Of a stretch of DNA of 64,000 nt, positions 18,910 to 28,171 are shown piece by piece (position 1 is the stretch's first letter; the number at the start of each line of letters is the position of its first letter). This DNA comes from Prevotella sp. (lineage in GTDB: Bacteria; Bacteroidota; Bacteroidia; Bacteroidales; Dysgonomonadaceae). The translations under genes were made by a program, and so were the position numbers. Below the pieces are notes generated by a model. That model saw only the letters and a list, made by a program, of their open reading frames with translations. It was not told the DNA's origin and searched no databases. The stretch lies in contig JAITVV010000056.1 in NCBI GenBank assembly GCA_031285625.1, forward strand, positions 96,001-160,000, read 5' to 3'.

Positions 18910-19398
18910 TTGACAGAATACATTAACTTTGCAATCAGTATAAAAAAGTTTGCTCAAACACTGATATTACTGATTGCTGCGGTTACAGTATTCCTTACGG
19001 GTGCCGGAGTAACAATAGTGAACTACTGCTGTACTTCATGCAGTGGGCAGACTCTTTTTATGACCGAACAACACATCTGCTGCGCTCAGGGACAACATGA
19101 AACGGAATCAGAAAGCTGTTGTTCCTCTAAAGAAGCATCGCATGATACCTGCGAAGGTGAGTCATACACCAAAGATACGCATTGTACAGCATCACGCCTG
19201 TCTATCGATATAGATGCAGCGTCATTCAGGCCTCATGTAGCAATTCCATTTGTATGGATTTCAGATGCTTCACAAGCTCTGCCAACAACTATTCTACCCG
19301 AAATAGTAGAATACAATGATGGCTATACATTATTCAAATCTCCTCCGGAGGCACATCCCCGGGAATATCTCTCCCTTATCCGGGTACTTATCATTTGA
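18910..19398 (+). CDS. Cys/His-rich putative metal-binding protein (HYC_CC_PP-like); start uncertain
   Basis: Hydrophobic N-terminus, NYCCTSC, HICC, SCC, C-terminal SPP...LI; directly upstream of a TonB receptor. Confidence 0.7.
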   Translation: MTEYINFAISIKKFAQTLILLIAAVTVFLTGAGVTIVNYCCTSCSGQTLFMTEQHICCAQGQHETESESCCSSKEASHDTCEGESYTKDTHCTASRLSIDIDAASFRPHVAIPFVWISDASQALPTTILPEIVEYNDGYTLFKSPPEAHPREYLSLIRVLII

Positions 19399-19486
19399 TT
19401 TTCAATACATATCTATTTGTTGTGTATCATTCTGATATGCAGTAAAGTCACTATTGTATTTTAAGTAACTTATTATTAAAGATCAA

Positions 19487-21697
19487 ATGAAAACGATAAA
19501 AATATTTATTCTGTTCTTATTATTACCCACACTGGCTTTTAGCAAAGACATACTTAAAGGGTATGTATCCGATGCCCAGAAACAACCATTGATAGGAGCA
19601 TCTGTCCGTTGGGAAAATGCAAAGACAGGAGTAGTAACCAACGAAGAAGGCTATTTCGAGATTCCGGGAACACCGCACAAAGACCATATGCTGGCCATTT
19701 CATATGTAGGTTATGACGACAAAGTAGTTCACATACATGATTTTGCCGAAACACAAAATATCATGTTAGATGAAAATGCCGAGTTGGGTGAAGTTATAGT
19801 TGAAAGAACACCTCCGGGTACAATCAAATCACGTACCAGCCTGTTACATACGGAGAAAATTACAACCAGAGAATTGCACCGTGCAGCCTGCTGTAATCTC
19901 TCCGAGAGCTTCGAGACCAATCCATCTGTAGATGTCTCTTTCAGTGATGCAGTAACAGGAGCAAAACAAATCCAGCTACTTGGACTGGCAGGAACATATG
20001 TACAAACACTGACAGAAAACTATCCTAACTTCCGGGGTGCGGCCTCTGTATACGGACTGGATTATATTCCTGGGCCATGGATGGAAAGCATACAAATATC
20101 AAAAGGTGCGGCTTCTGTAAAGAATGGCTATGAATCCATCACTGGACAAATGAATGTGGAATACAAAAAGCCAAATAGTGCCGATCCTTTGAGTCTCAAC
20201 CTATTTGCAAGCGATGCCGGACGGTACGAAGGAAATGCTGATGCCGCCTTTATACTGAATGACAAACTGAATACCGGAGTCTTCCTTCACTACTCTAATG
20301 AGCAGGCTTCCCATGATGACAATGACGACAGCTTTTTGGATATGCCTAAAAAACATCAGTTCAATATAATGAACAGGTGGCACTATATGTCGGGCAGATA
20401 TGCATCGCAGTTTGGAGTCCGGTTTTTACAAGATTACCGCACCAGTGGACAAACAATGCATACATTAAATGCAGCATCCATCAATAAAGATCCATATGAA
20501 ATATCGGTAAAGACCAACCGGGGTGAGTTCTACACTAAAAACTCCTATATTCTGGATGAAGAACGAAATGGTAATATAGCACTGATATTCACGAGTTCAT
20601 ATCATGATCAGAAGTCTAAATATGCTGCCGATAAATACAATGTATATGAAAATAACCTGTACGCATCATTGATGTATGAAACAGAACTGGGTAAAATGCA
20701 TCAGCTAAGTGCAGGATTGAGCATGAACTGGGATAAGTATAACCAAAGTATTCAGCTATCTCAGCCTTTAACCAGCCAACCCAATGAAGAGACCACTACT
20801 GGTGGTTATGTGCAATATACATTTAATAAAGATGATAAATTTATCGCTTTGGCAGGACTGCGAACTGATTATAGTTCACTTCATAAAAAAGCTTTCGTTA
20901 CTCCACGACTTCATCTTAAATATATGCCTGTAAGTTGGCTAAACATGAGAGCTTCGGCAGGGAAAGGATACCGCACTGTATTTGTAATGCCAGAAAATAG
21001 CTTTTATCTGGCAAGTAGCCGCAAGATAGAAATCGCTGATAATCTGAAACAAGAATCTGCATGGAACTACGGAACAAGTATTTCCTTTCATATTCCGGTC
21101 AGAGGGGAGGAACTGACTATCTCAGGCGAATGGTACCGAACAGACTTTGATAACCAGGTAGTAAGCGATGTAGACAGCGACCCGCATGCAGTAAAATTCT
21201 ATAATCTATCGGGCAAATCATATGCTAATAGCTTCCAGATAGAGGCTTCATATCCTTTATTCCGGGGATTTAACATATTAGGAGCATATCGTTGGACAAA
21301 TGCCAAAACTACTTATGGAGATAAGTTGATGAAGAAGCCTTTGATAAGTGATTATAAAGCACTTGTAACTGCATCATATGAAACACGCCTCAAAAAGTGG
21401 GCTTTCGATCTTACCGCACAGTTCAACGGAGGTGGTCGCATGCCAACACCGGATGCCATGAATCCTTTGTGGAAAACAACATTCGATTCGTTCACGGTAT
21501 TGAATGCCCAGATCACAAAGAATTTCCGCAACTGGAGTATCTATGTAGGAGCAGAAAACATAACTGACTTTAAACAAAAGAACCCGATAGTTTCTCCTGA
21601 AAATCCATTTGGAGACGATTTTGATGCTACAATGGTTTGGGGACCTACACAAGGCCGCAAATTCTATGTAGGATTGAGATACGCGATAGGAAAATAA
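19487..21697 (+). CDS. TonB-dependent receptor (putative metal uptake)
   Basis: Signal peptide, CarboxypepD_reg-like N-domain, plug AACCNLSESFETN, C-terminal beta-strand GLRY. Confidence 0.92.
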   Translation: MKTIKIFILFLLLPTLAFSKDILKGYVSDAQKQPLIGASVRWENAKTGVVTNEEGYFEIPGTPHKDHMLAISYVGYDDKVVHIHDFAETQNIMLDENAELGEVIVERTPPGTIKSRTSLLHTEKITTRELHRAACCNLSESFETNPSVDVSFSDAVTGAKQIQLLGLAGTYVQTLTENYPNFRGAASVYGLDYIPGPWMESIQISKGAASVKNGYESITGQMNVEYKKPNSADPLSLNLFASDAGRYEGNADAAFILNDKLNTGVFLHYSNEQASHDDNDDSFLDMPKKHQFNIMNRWHYMSGRYASQFGVRFLQDYRTSGQTMHTLNAASINKDPYEISVKTNRGEFYTKNSYILDEERNGNIALIFTSSYHDQKSKYAADKYNVYENNLYASLMYETELGKMHQLSAGLSMNWDKYNQSIQLSQPLTSQPNEETTTGGYVQYTFNKDDKFIALAGLRTDYSSLHKKAFVTPRLHLKYMPVSWLNMRASAGKGYRTVFVMPENSFYLASSRKIEIADNLKQESAWNYGTSISFHIPVRGEELTISGEWYRTDFDNQVVSDVDSDPHAVKFYNLSGKSYANSFQIEASYPLFRGFNILGAYRWTNAKTTYGDKLMKKPLISDYKALVTASYETRLKKWAFDLTAQFNGGGRMPTPDAMNPLWKTTFDSFTVLNAQITKNFRNWSIYVGAENITDFKQKNPIVSPENPFGDDFDATMVWGPTQGRKFYVGLRYAIGK

Positions 21698-21735
21698 TAT
21701 AAACAACTAAATATAAATGAGTTATAAGTTATACC

Positions 21736-22032
21736 TTATAGCTCATTTTTATTTATATATTTTTTCCTGATAAAGAGGAAAACTTTTGCCAAGAGAATTA
21801 ATGCAGAAAGGATAATTGGCAATAAAATCAATAGATTAACCAATAAAGCTGTTTCCTGTAAATCTATATCCAAAAGATAGAGCACTATTGCTATAAAGAA
21901 CCAGCAAAGAATGGAAAAGAAAGACATTCCGACCAATACCATTGGCTCTCTCCTACCCTTAAAATGCCTCACCAATACATAAGCAGGGATAAGGATAACA
22001 ATAAATAGTATAAGGGAGAAATCCGGCAACAT
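21736..22032 (-). CDS. Small membrane protein
   Basis: Three hydrophobic segments; 9 bp downstream of alkD-like gene. Confidence 0.6.
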   Translation of the reverse strand: MLPDFSLILFIVILIPAYVLVRHFKGRREPMVLVGMSFFSILCWFFIAIVLYLLDIDLQETALLVNLLILLPIILSALILLAKVFLFIRKKYINKNEL

Positions 22033-22041
22033 CAGTATATG

Positions 22042-22710
22042 CTAATCCTCAAAGAAATAATCGAACTCAAAAGCGATACTATCAAAAGCTTCCCTCTTTA
22101 TAAGGTTCTCTTCATTTTTGTGCACAGAAACCTTTTGAAGAATACTATCAGCCAGACCTTTAGACTGTCGTCCGATATGTTTCAAAGCCAATAGGGATGC
22201 TTTTCTAAGAAAGATATTTTCAGATATGATATCCGTCCATATAAAAGGTAGTTTATCTACTAGTATAGCCTCATTTTTTTTAGCTATAAATAAGCGGGCC
22301 AGTAGCCAATAGCCTGTTATCCGTATTTCTATATCCGATGAGCATACCCATGCCTGAGCTATTTGATTAGCAAAAGACAAAACCTGAAGTAAATTTGCAC
22401 AAATCTGTTCCCTGATCTCCTGATTCGGAATTTCAGATACCCAGTCTGCAGCTTCCGACTCAGTAAATGATTCGGCAGGGTATAGCAATGTTGCTAATAT
22501 TTTCAACTCGCGCGTATTCTCTCTCCAGAGGGCTTCCGCCAGCTCAACACTCGGTTCATAGCGTTTAGCCAGATCTTTTAATTGTTGTATAGATAATCCG
22601 AAATTCAATTTATACTCAAGTCCATGCTGACGCATACTGGCAGATGCGACACCATTCATAGCCATACGGCACCTTTTACGAATATCTTTGATTATATCCT
22701 CTTGCTGCAT
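22042..22710 (-). CDS. DNA alkylation repair (AlkD-like HEAT-repeat) protein
   Basis: MNGVAS.SMR..G..YK.NFG and LA..LW.E..RE.KILAT motifs. Confidence 0.8.
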   Translation of the reverse strand: MQQEDIIKDIRKRCRMAMNGVASASMRQHGLEYKLNFGLSIQQLKDLAKRYEPSVELAEALWRENTRELKILATLLYPAESFTESEAADWVSEIPNQEIREQICANLLQVLSFANQIAQAWVCSSDIEIRITGYWLLARLFIAKKNEAILVDKLPFIWTDIISENIFLRKASLLALKHIGRQSKGLADSILQKVSVHKNEENLIKREAFDSIAFEFDYFFED

Positions 22711-22711
22711 A

Positions 22712-23011
22712 TTACACCTCAAAATCTACGGCTTTCCTATCTGAGACGGCTTCTCTTATAAAAGGCAATATCGCCTGATGCAACGGATGATTCTGGTACG
22801 TATCCAAATCTTCTCTTTTAGATAACTCTGAATAAAGAGCAACATCAAAATTTCCTCCACCCAGAAAATCAATCCCAACTTCTATTTTTAGCAGTCCGTC
22901 AATTTTTCCACTCAAAGCTTCCAGTTTTTCTTTTATCAGTTTTGCATTTGTTGCTTTGTCATTTCCGTGGGCCTCGTCCTTAAGTTTCCACATTACTATA
23001 TGCTTTACCAT
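22712..23011 (-). CDS. Dabb stress-responsive A/B barrel protein
   Basis: MVKHIVMWKLK, YQNHPLH, VDF. Confidence 0.9.
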   Translation of the reverse strand: MVKHIVMWKLKDEAHGNDKATNAKLIKEKLEALSGKIDGLLKIEVGIDFLGGGNFDVALYSELSKREDLDTYQNHPLHQAILPFIREAVSDRKAVDFEV

Positions 23012-23030
23012 ACTATCTATTTCTCTATTT

Positions 23031-23120
23031 TACAAAAAAGTGACAAAAGTAACAGGTTTTCGGCTGTTTTCATTTATTACTTTTTATTGGTTAAGTAAAC
23101 TATTCTCTACTATTAGATAA
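23031..23120. repeat. Dispersed ~90-bp intergenic element, copy 2
   Basis: Similar to 14156-14242. Confidence 0.55.
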
Positions 23121-23133
23121 AAGTATTGCTTTA

Positions 23134-23592
23134 TTATTCAGCATACTCATTCGGAGTAATTTTTACCTCTGCAAAAAGTGTTCCGTCCATCTTATAGTAA
23201 GCAAAGGTCACAGTCATTTTATCTTTACGAAACATCTTAACGTCTTCGTCATCTTTCTCTCTAAGACCTATTGCAATGGCAGGTTTGGAAGCCCGTACAA
23301 ATTCCTCAGGGGATACTGCAAACTCTTTTGTATTTGTAAAGTAATATTTATACTCATTCGCTGATACAGCCTCAGCCCTATCCATACGCATTCCCCCCGG
23401 CCATACCTTAGGCATGGAAGCATTCATTTTTTCAGCCAGCTGTACATATTTTTTCTTTGGTGGATCTGGTTTTATTTCCACTTTCGACACATTCTCCTCC
23501 GCAGAGTTATCATTCTTCGATTTCGAGCCACAGCTAGTAATCATTCCGATTGTTACAAGACAAGAAAATGCAAGGACTATATACTTTTTCAT
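23134..23592 (-). CDS. Lipoprotein of unknown function
   Basis: Lipobox ITSC followed by Lys/Ser-rich linker. Confidence 0.75.
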   Translation of the reverse strand: MKKYIVLAFSCLVTIGMITSCGSKSKNDNSAEENVSKVEIKPDPPKKKYVQLAEKMNASMPKVWPGGMRMDRAEAVSANEYKYYFTNTKEFAVSPEEFVRASKPAIAIGLREKDDEDVKMFRKDKMTVTFAYYKMDGTLFAEVKITPNEYAE

Positions 23593-23881
23593 AATTATCT
23601 GATTTCAATTAATTAAGCGATAAAGATAACAATTTAGAAATAAAGCATCGGATATTTACATCAAATCATCCAGATCTTCTTTTTTCTTGGCTTCTTTTGT
23701 ATGCCACTTCGATTCGGGCTCCTACATGTAAAAATGAAAAACAGATTATAAATGCGGATAATAAATATCTAATAAGCATGATGCAAGTTTCTTATCAATA
23801 CAACAAAAATATATTTTTTTATGATAAGTTTTACAAAAGCCTTTTAGATATTGGGGAATATGTACTGTGTAATTGATTTAT

Positions 23882-24040
23882 TTACTTATGCGAACGTCCC
23901 AAATAATATGAAATAATCATAGAGCTTGCCTGTAAGGCCATCAAAACCCAAAAAGCATTCCGTCTCCTGTTTTTGCGCCTCAAAGCTTTTAATTCCATAC
24001 ATTCTTTCTCATTCATCGAATCATAAATTTGATCTTCCAT
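23882..24040 (-). CDS. Small protein with basic patch and C-terminal TM helix (52 aa)
   Basis: MEDQIY...RRKNRRRN then hydrophobic tail; A-rich start context. Confidence 0.45.
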   Translation of the reverse strand: MEDQIYDSMNEKECMELKALRRKNRRRNAFWVLMALQASSMIISYYLGRSHK

Positions 24041-24131
24041 AATCTTATATTTTGTGTATATTATTATAGAACAACACAAATAGACTTTTTGATCACACCA
24101 TTATCAATTTTTATCTTCTTAATCGCAAAAT

Positions 24132-24425
24132 CTATTTATTCAAAGGCTCTTCCCAAATACGATACTTCACATTTCCAATATATCCGCAGACACAATCCAG
24201 CAAGTCGTCAATAAGATTCATCTTTTGCTCATCTTCTTCATGAACCATATAGATAAGATGCAACGGATAAAGAACATCATAAGCATCAACTTGGCACCCC
24301 CCTTCTTTTTTGTAATTGAATATTAGTTCAAAGCCTTTATCTAGTTGCAATGAATAATTATAGTCTATACCTGTAACTTCTTCACAGAGACTTTCAATTT
24401 CCTTATATAATAAATATTTATCCAT
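24132..24425 (-). CDS. Small acidic hypothetical protein (immunity-like)
   Basis: 97 aa, DDLLDCVCGYIG...RIW C-terminus; starts 2 bp after upstream stop. Confidence 0.6.
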   Translation of the reverse strand: MDKYLLYKEIESLCEEVTGIDYNYSLQLDKGFELIFNYKKEGGCQVDAYDVLYPLHLIYMVHEEDEQKMNLIDDLLDCVCGYIGNVKYRIWEEPLNK

Positions 24426-24427
24426 AC

Positions 24428-25654
24428 TTATTTCACAAAAAGAGCAATAGCTGCTACTGGTACTGCAAAATATGCTACTTTCAGAATCTTCTTTCCAATA
24501 GGTGTTTTCTTATTAGCAGCAATACCTGAACCCTGATAATAGGATTCTACATCCTGATCAAAGTCTTCGTTCCAAAATTCACGCGTAGTTGAATCGGGAA
24601 AATAAAAAAGTTCCTGGCAGAACCCGCTCAGTCTTCTTTTTCTGAATTGCTTCTTTTCCACAAAACCCCGAAATTCGACATCGCAGAAATAAGAGACATC
24701 TTCTTCGTTATTAAATTCATCGATCGCCCTGAAACGATAAAAAGTAAAACACTCCGACATATAATATTTATCGGCAACTTTCTTAAAAGAGAAACGTCCG
24801 ACTTTACGCATTATCTTTAACTGTTTACCCATATGTCTTTTATAGGGCTGGCTTACCAAAACAGAATCAATAGATTCAATTTCCATAGAAGCAATGGTCA
24901 TATCATCCTTATTAATAGCAATCTCACCTTTTGCCCATCCGCCTCTGCCTTCTAAAGGCTCTATCTGAAGAATGATAAGAGAACTATCGGAAGTAAAAGA
25001 TCTGGTTGTCTCATTATTAACGCTTTTTCCAAAAGTAAAAAGATGGGAGGCATGGTATTCTGCACCATACAATTCAGAAGTTGGAGTCACGGTACGCTGC
25101 AATCTTCTTATATCTATAATATTAAACGTATAGGGTACCCGCTCTTTCTTCATATTCTTTTTCAAATCTTTTTCAGTCAGCGTGGTCGCATATTTAAGAT
25201 ATATCTCGTTCTGCAAGGTATCAGTAGTTTTTGTCTGAAGAAAGTGGAGAATATAACCAAGAGGGAGATCCAGCAATAGCTTTTTCTTAGTATTTATCAT
25301 AGCTTCATCCAGTAGCGCATCGGCATCTCCGGGACTAATAACAATAGGATTAAGATATACAGGATTTAATTCCAGTTCGACTATAGGATTTGAAATCAGG
25401 CTGCTTTTTGATACTGATTTGATTTTGTATCCTATGCTCTGAAAGTGAATAATTTCTTCACTATGGGCAGGAATTGTAAACTTACCATTGGTATTTGTAT
25501 AATCATAATCTTTTGAGGTACCTCCATATTGTACGATTACATCCGAAATCGGTTTTTTAGTGTCTTTGTCAATTACGGTTCCCCCGACAACTGTCTGAGA
25601 TGAAACACCTATAAATGAAAATAAGAACAGGCTAAATACTATGATCTTCTTCAT
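24428..25654 (-). CDS. Secreted CarboxypepD_reg-like domain protein
   Basis: Signal peptide, G.VIDKDTKKPI...TNTNGKF...SIGY; hydrophobic C-terminal tail. Confidence 0.8.
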   Translation of the reverse strand: MKKIIVFSLFLFSFIGVSSQTVVGGTVIDKDTKKPISDVIVQYGGTSKDYDYTNTNGKFTIPAHSEEIIHFQSIGYKIKSVSKSSLISNPIVELELNPVYLNPIVISPGDADALLDEAMINTKKKLLLDLPLGYILHFLQTKTTDTLQNEIYLKYATTLTEKDLKKNMKKERVPYTFNIIDIRRLQRTVTPTSELYGAEYHASHLFTFGKSVNNETTRSFTSDSSLIILQIEPLEGRGGWAKGEIAINKDDMTIASMEIESIDSVLVSQPYKRHMGKQLKIMRKVGRFSFKKVADKYYMSECFTFYRFRAIDEFNNEEDVSYFCDVEFRGFVEKKQFRKRRLSGFCQELFYFPDSTTREFWNEDFDQDVESYYQGSGIAANKKTPIGKKILKVAYFAVPVAAIALFVK

Positions 25655-25945
25655 GGGCTATTTTTTAAGGTTTTATAAAGCTTCCGTTTAAAAAATTCTA
25701 TAACATGTTAGCGATATACAAGCATAAATTACCGAACAGAGCCTCAAACAACACTATTTTTAATTAAAATGTACATTTTCATAACAATTAGCTATCAAAT
25801 ACATTAAAAAAAATCAAATTCATATCTTTCATTCTCTAATCCGGTAAATATACGCTCTTTTTTGTACCTTTGTCTTTTGCTTATTAAAAATCTATATTAT
25901 ATAGCATTTTTTAATATATATTGACCATAAAACTATCAGGCTATC

Positions 25946-26365
25946 ATGGCTATACTGTATCAGGCTGAAGAGGTAAAACTCCCGTCTATAAAAAAGAGAG
26001 AGACCTCAAACTGGATAAAATCAGTTGCGGCATCCTATAATAAAAAAGTTGGGGATATTGCTTTTATTTTTTGCTCTGACAAGAAGATACTGGAAGTAAA
26101 CAACCAATATCTGCAGCATGATTACTATACAGATATTATAACTTTTGACTATAGTGAAAATGATACTATATCCGGAGATATATTTATTAGCCTGGATACG
26201 GTAAAAAGCAATTCCGAGCAATTTAAGACGCTATATAACGAAGAACTTCATCGTATCATTATACATGGAATACTTCATTTGTGCGGAATAAATGATAAAG
26301 GCCCGGGAGAAAGGGAACATATGACTGAATGCGAAAACAAGGCGCTAAAAATGTTGGGGGAATAG
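25946..26365 (+). CDS. ybeY: rRNA maturation endonuclease YbeY
   Basis: HDYYTDIITF, GDIFIS, HGILHLCGIND. Confidence 0.96.
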   Translation: MAILYQAEEVKLPSIKKRETSNWIKSVAASYNKKVGDIAFIFCSDKKILEVNNQYLQHDYYTDIITFDYSENDTISGDIFISLDTVKSNSEQFKTLYNEELHRIIIHGILHLCGINDKGPGEREHMTECENKALKMLGE

Positions 26366-26369
26366 AATC

Positions 26370-27293
26370 GTGCAAAAATATTTGAGTAGACTATACTACA
26401 TCGTTCCTGTACTTTGCCTGTTTCCATTCTTTTCTGCACCACTTGCTCTATTTATGGGAATATTACTTGCCTTCTTTTATAAGGGAGAAGAAGTAGTAAA
26501 AACAGGTAAACTAACGAAGTATTTATTGCAGGCCTCAATTGTATGCATGGGATTCTCCATGTCGGTGCATGAAGTGATACAGACAGGTAAAACCGGATTT
26601 ATGATCACGGTTGTTTCAGTTGTAGTTACAGTTCTGACAGGTATCGCACTGGGGCGGGTATTTAAAGTTGGTAAAAACACCACATTAATGATATCGAGCG
26701 GTACGGCTATTTGTGGAGGTAGTGCCATAGCAGCTGTAGCTCCTGTATTGGGAGCAAAGAATAATGAGATCAGTTTTTCAATGGCCGTTGTTTTCGTCCT
26801 GAATGCAGTAGGACTATTCATATTCCCGATTATCGGGCATTTATTACAAATGGATCAAACTCATTTCGGATATTGGGCAGCAATTGCCATACATGATACA
26901 AGTTCGGTTGTAGGAGCATGCTCGGCTTATGGCGAACAGGCGTTGCAAGTGGGAACGACAGTAAAACTAACACGTACGTTATGGATTATTCCTCTGGCAT
27001 TATGTATTGCATTTTTTAATAAAAATAAAACCTCTAAAATAAATATACCATGGTTCATATTCTTATTCGTTGTGGCTATCATAATAGGAAATTACATTCC
27101 CGGTATGGCCGAAACAAATGAGCATCTGAGCTGGCTTGGTAAAAAAGGAATGATGGTTTCCCTGTTTTTTATAGGAGCTTCTATTAATATAGAAGAAGTA
27201 AAAAAGACAGGTATAAATACCTTTCTTTTAGGTATTATTCTTTGGTTTGTTATAGCTATATTATCTTTATACTGGATTAAACTAATGTTTTGA
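26370..27293 (+). CDS. YeiH/UPF0324 putative exporter
   Basis: SSGTAICGGSAIAA, AIHDTSSV, VKLTRTLW. Confidence 0.88.
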   Translation: MQKYLSRLYYIVPVLCLFPFFSAPLALFMGILLAFFYKGEEVVKTGKLTKYLLQASIVCMGFSMSVHEVIQTGKTGFMITVVSVVVTVLTGIALGRVFKVGKNTTLMISSGTAICGGSAIAAVAPVLGAKNNEISFSMAVVFVLNAVGLFIFPIIGHLLQMDQTHFGYWAAIAIHDTSSVVGACSAYGEQALQVGTTVKLTRTLWIIPLALCIAFFNKNKTSKINIPWFIFLFVVAIIIGNYIPGMAETNEHLSWLGKKGMMVSLFFIGASINIEEVKKTGINTFLLGIILWFVIAILSLYWIKLMF

Positions 27294-28075
27294 TGAATAA
27301 AATTGTAGACAAAGAGTATTTCTCTGAAAACGTAGTCAAGTTTGAGGTTGAAGCACCTCTTATCGCAAGAAGCCGTAAGGCCGGCCATTTCGTAATTGTA
27401 AGGGTTGGAGAAAAAGGCGAGCGCATTCCGTTAACTATTGCAGGTTCGGACCTTAACAAAGGAACTATCACGATCGTTATTCAGGCTGTCGGAGCATCTT
27501 CAAAGAAGATTTGCGAACTAAATGTAGGTGATTATATTACCGATATTGTTGGTCCACTCGGACAAGCCACCCATATCGAGAACTACGGAACAGTTATTTG
27601 TGCCGGGGGAGGTGTTGGTATTGCGCCAATGTTACCCATTATCGAAGCCATGAAAAGAGCAGGCAACAAAGTTATATCTGTATTGGCTGCACGCAGCAAA
27701 GATCTAGTCATTCTTGAAAAACAAGTTGCAGAATATTCCGACGAGGTTATTGTTATGACCGACGATGGCTCTTATGGGCACAAGGGACTGATAACAAATG
27801 GTATCGAAATGGTTATTAACCGCGAGAAGGTAGACTTATGTGTAACCATTGGCCCTGCTATTATGATGAAGTTTGTATCGTTACTTACCGAAAAATACAA
27901 TATTCCTACAATGGCATCTTTGAACACCATTATGGTAGATGGAACAGGTATGTGCGGAGCTTGCCGTGTAACAGTTGGAGGAAAAACAAAATTTGTTTGT
28001 GTTGACGGTCCCGAGTTCAATGCTCATGAAGTAGATTTTGATGAAATGCTAATGAGACTACGGGCTTACAGTTAA
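27290..28075 (+). CDS. nfnA: NfnA (PyrK-like FAD/2Fe-2S subunit of electron-bifurcating transhydrogenase)
   Basis: GERIPLTI, GGGVGIAP, MVDGTGMCGACRV...CVDGPEF. Confidence 0.88.
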   Translation: MMNKIVDKEYFSENVVKFEVEAPLIARSRKAGHFVIVRVGEKGERIPLTIAGSDLNKGTITIVIQAVGASSKKICELNVGDYITDIVGPLGQATHIENYGTVICAGGGVGIAPMLPIIEAMKRAGNKVISVLAARSKDLVILEKQVAEYSDEVIVMTDDGSYGHKGLITNGIEMVINREKVDLCVTIGPAIMMKFVSLLTEKYNIPTMASLNTIMVDGTGMCGACRVTVGGKTKFVCVDGPEFNAHEVDFDEMLMRLRAYS

Positions 28076-28165
28076 GTATCAGGTTAGAAGTCGAAAGTAT
28101 AAAACATACCTTGATATTACTTTACCAAATTATTACTTATAACTCATTACTTACAACTTACAACT
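28076..28165. repeat. Inverted arrays of degenerate 7-mers
   Basis: ...ATCAGGT TAGAAGT CGAAAGT then ATTACTT ATAACTC ATTACTT ACAACTT ACAACT. Confidence 0.55.
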
Positions 28166-28171
28166 AAAAAA

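Noticed and set aside
23657-23790. Possible small minus-strand gene remnant
   Set aside because: Coding-like stretches are bounded by stops with no usable start; cannot be supported
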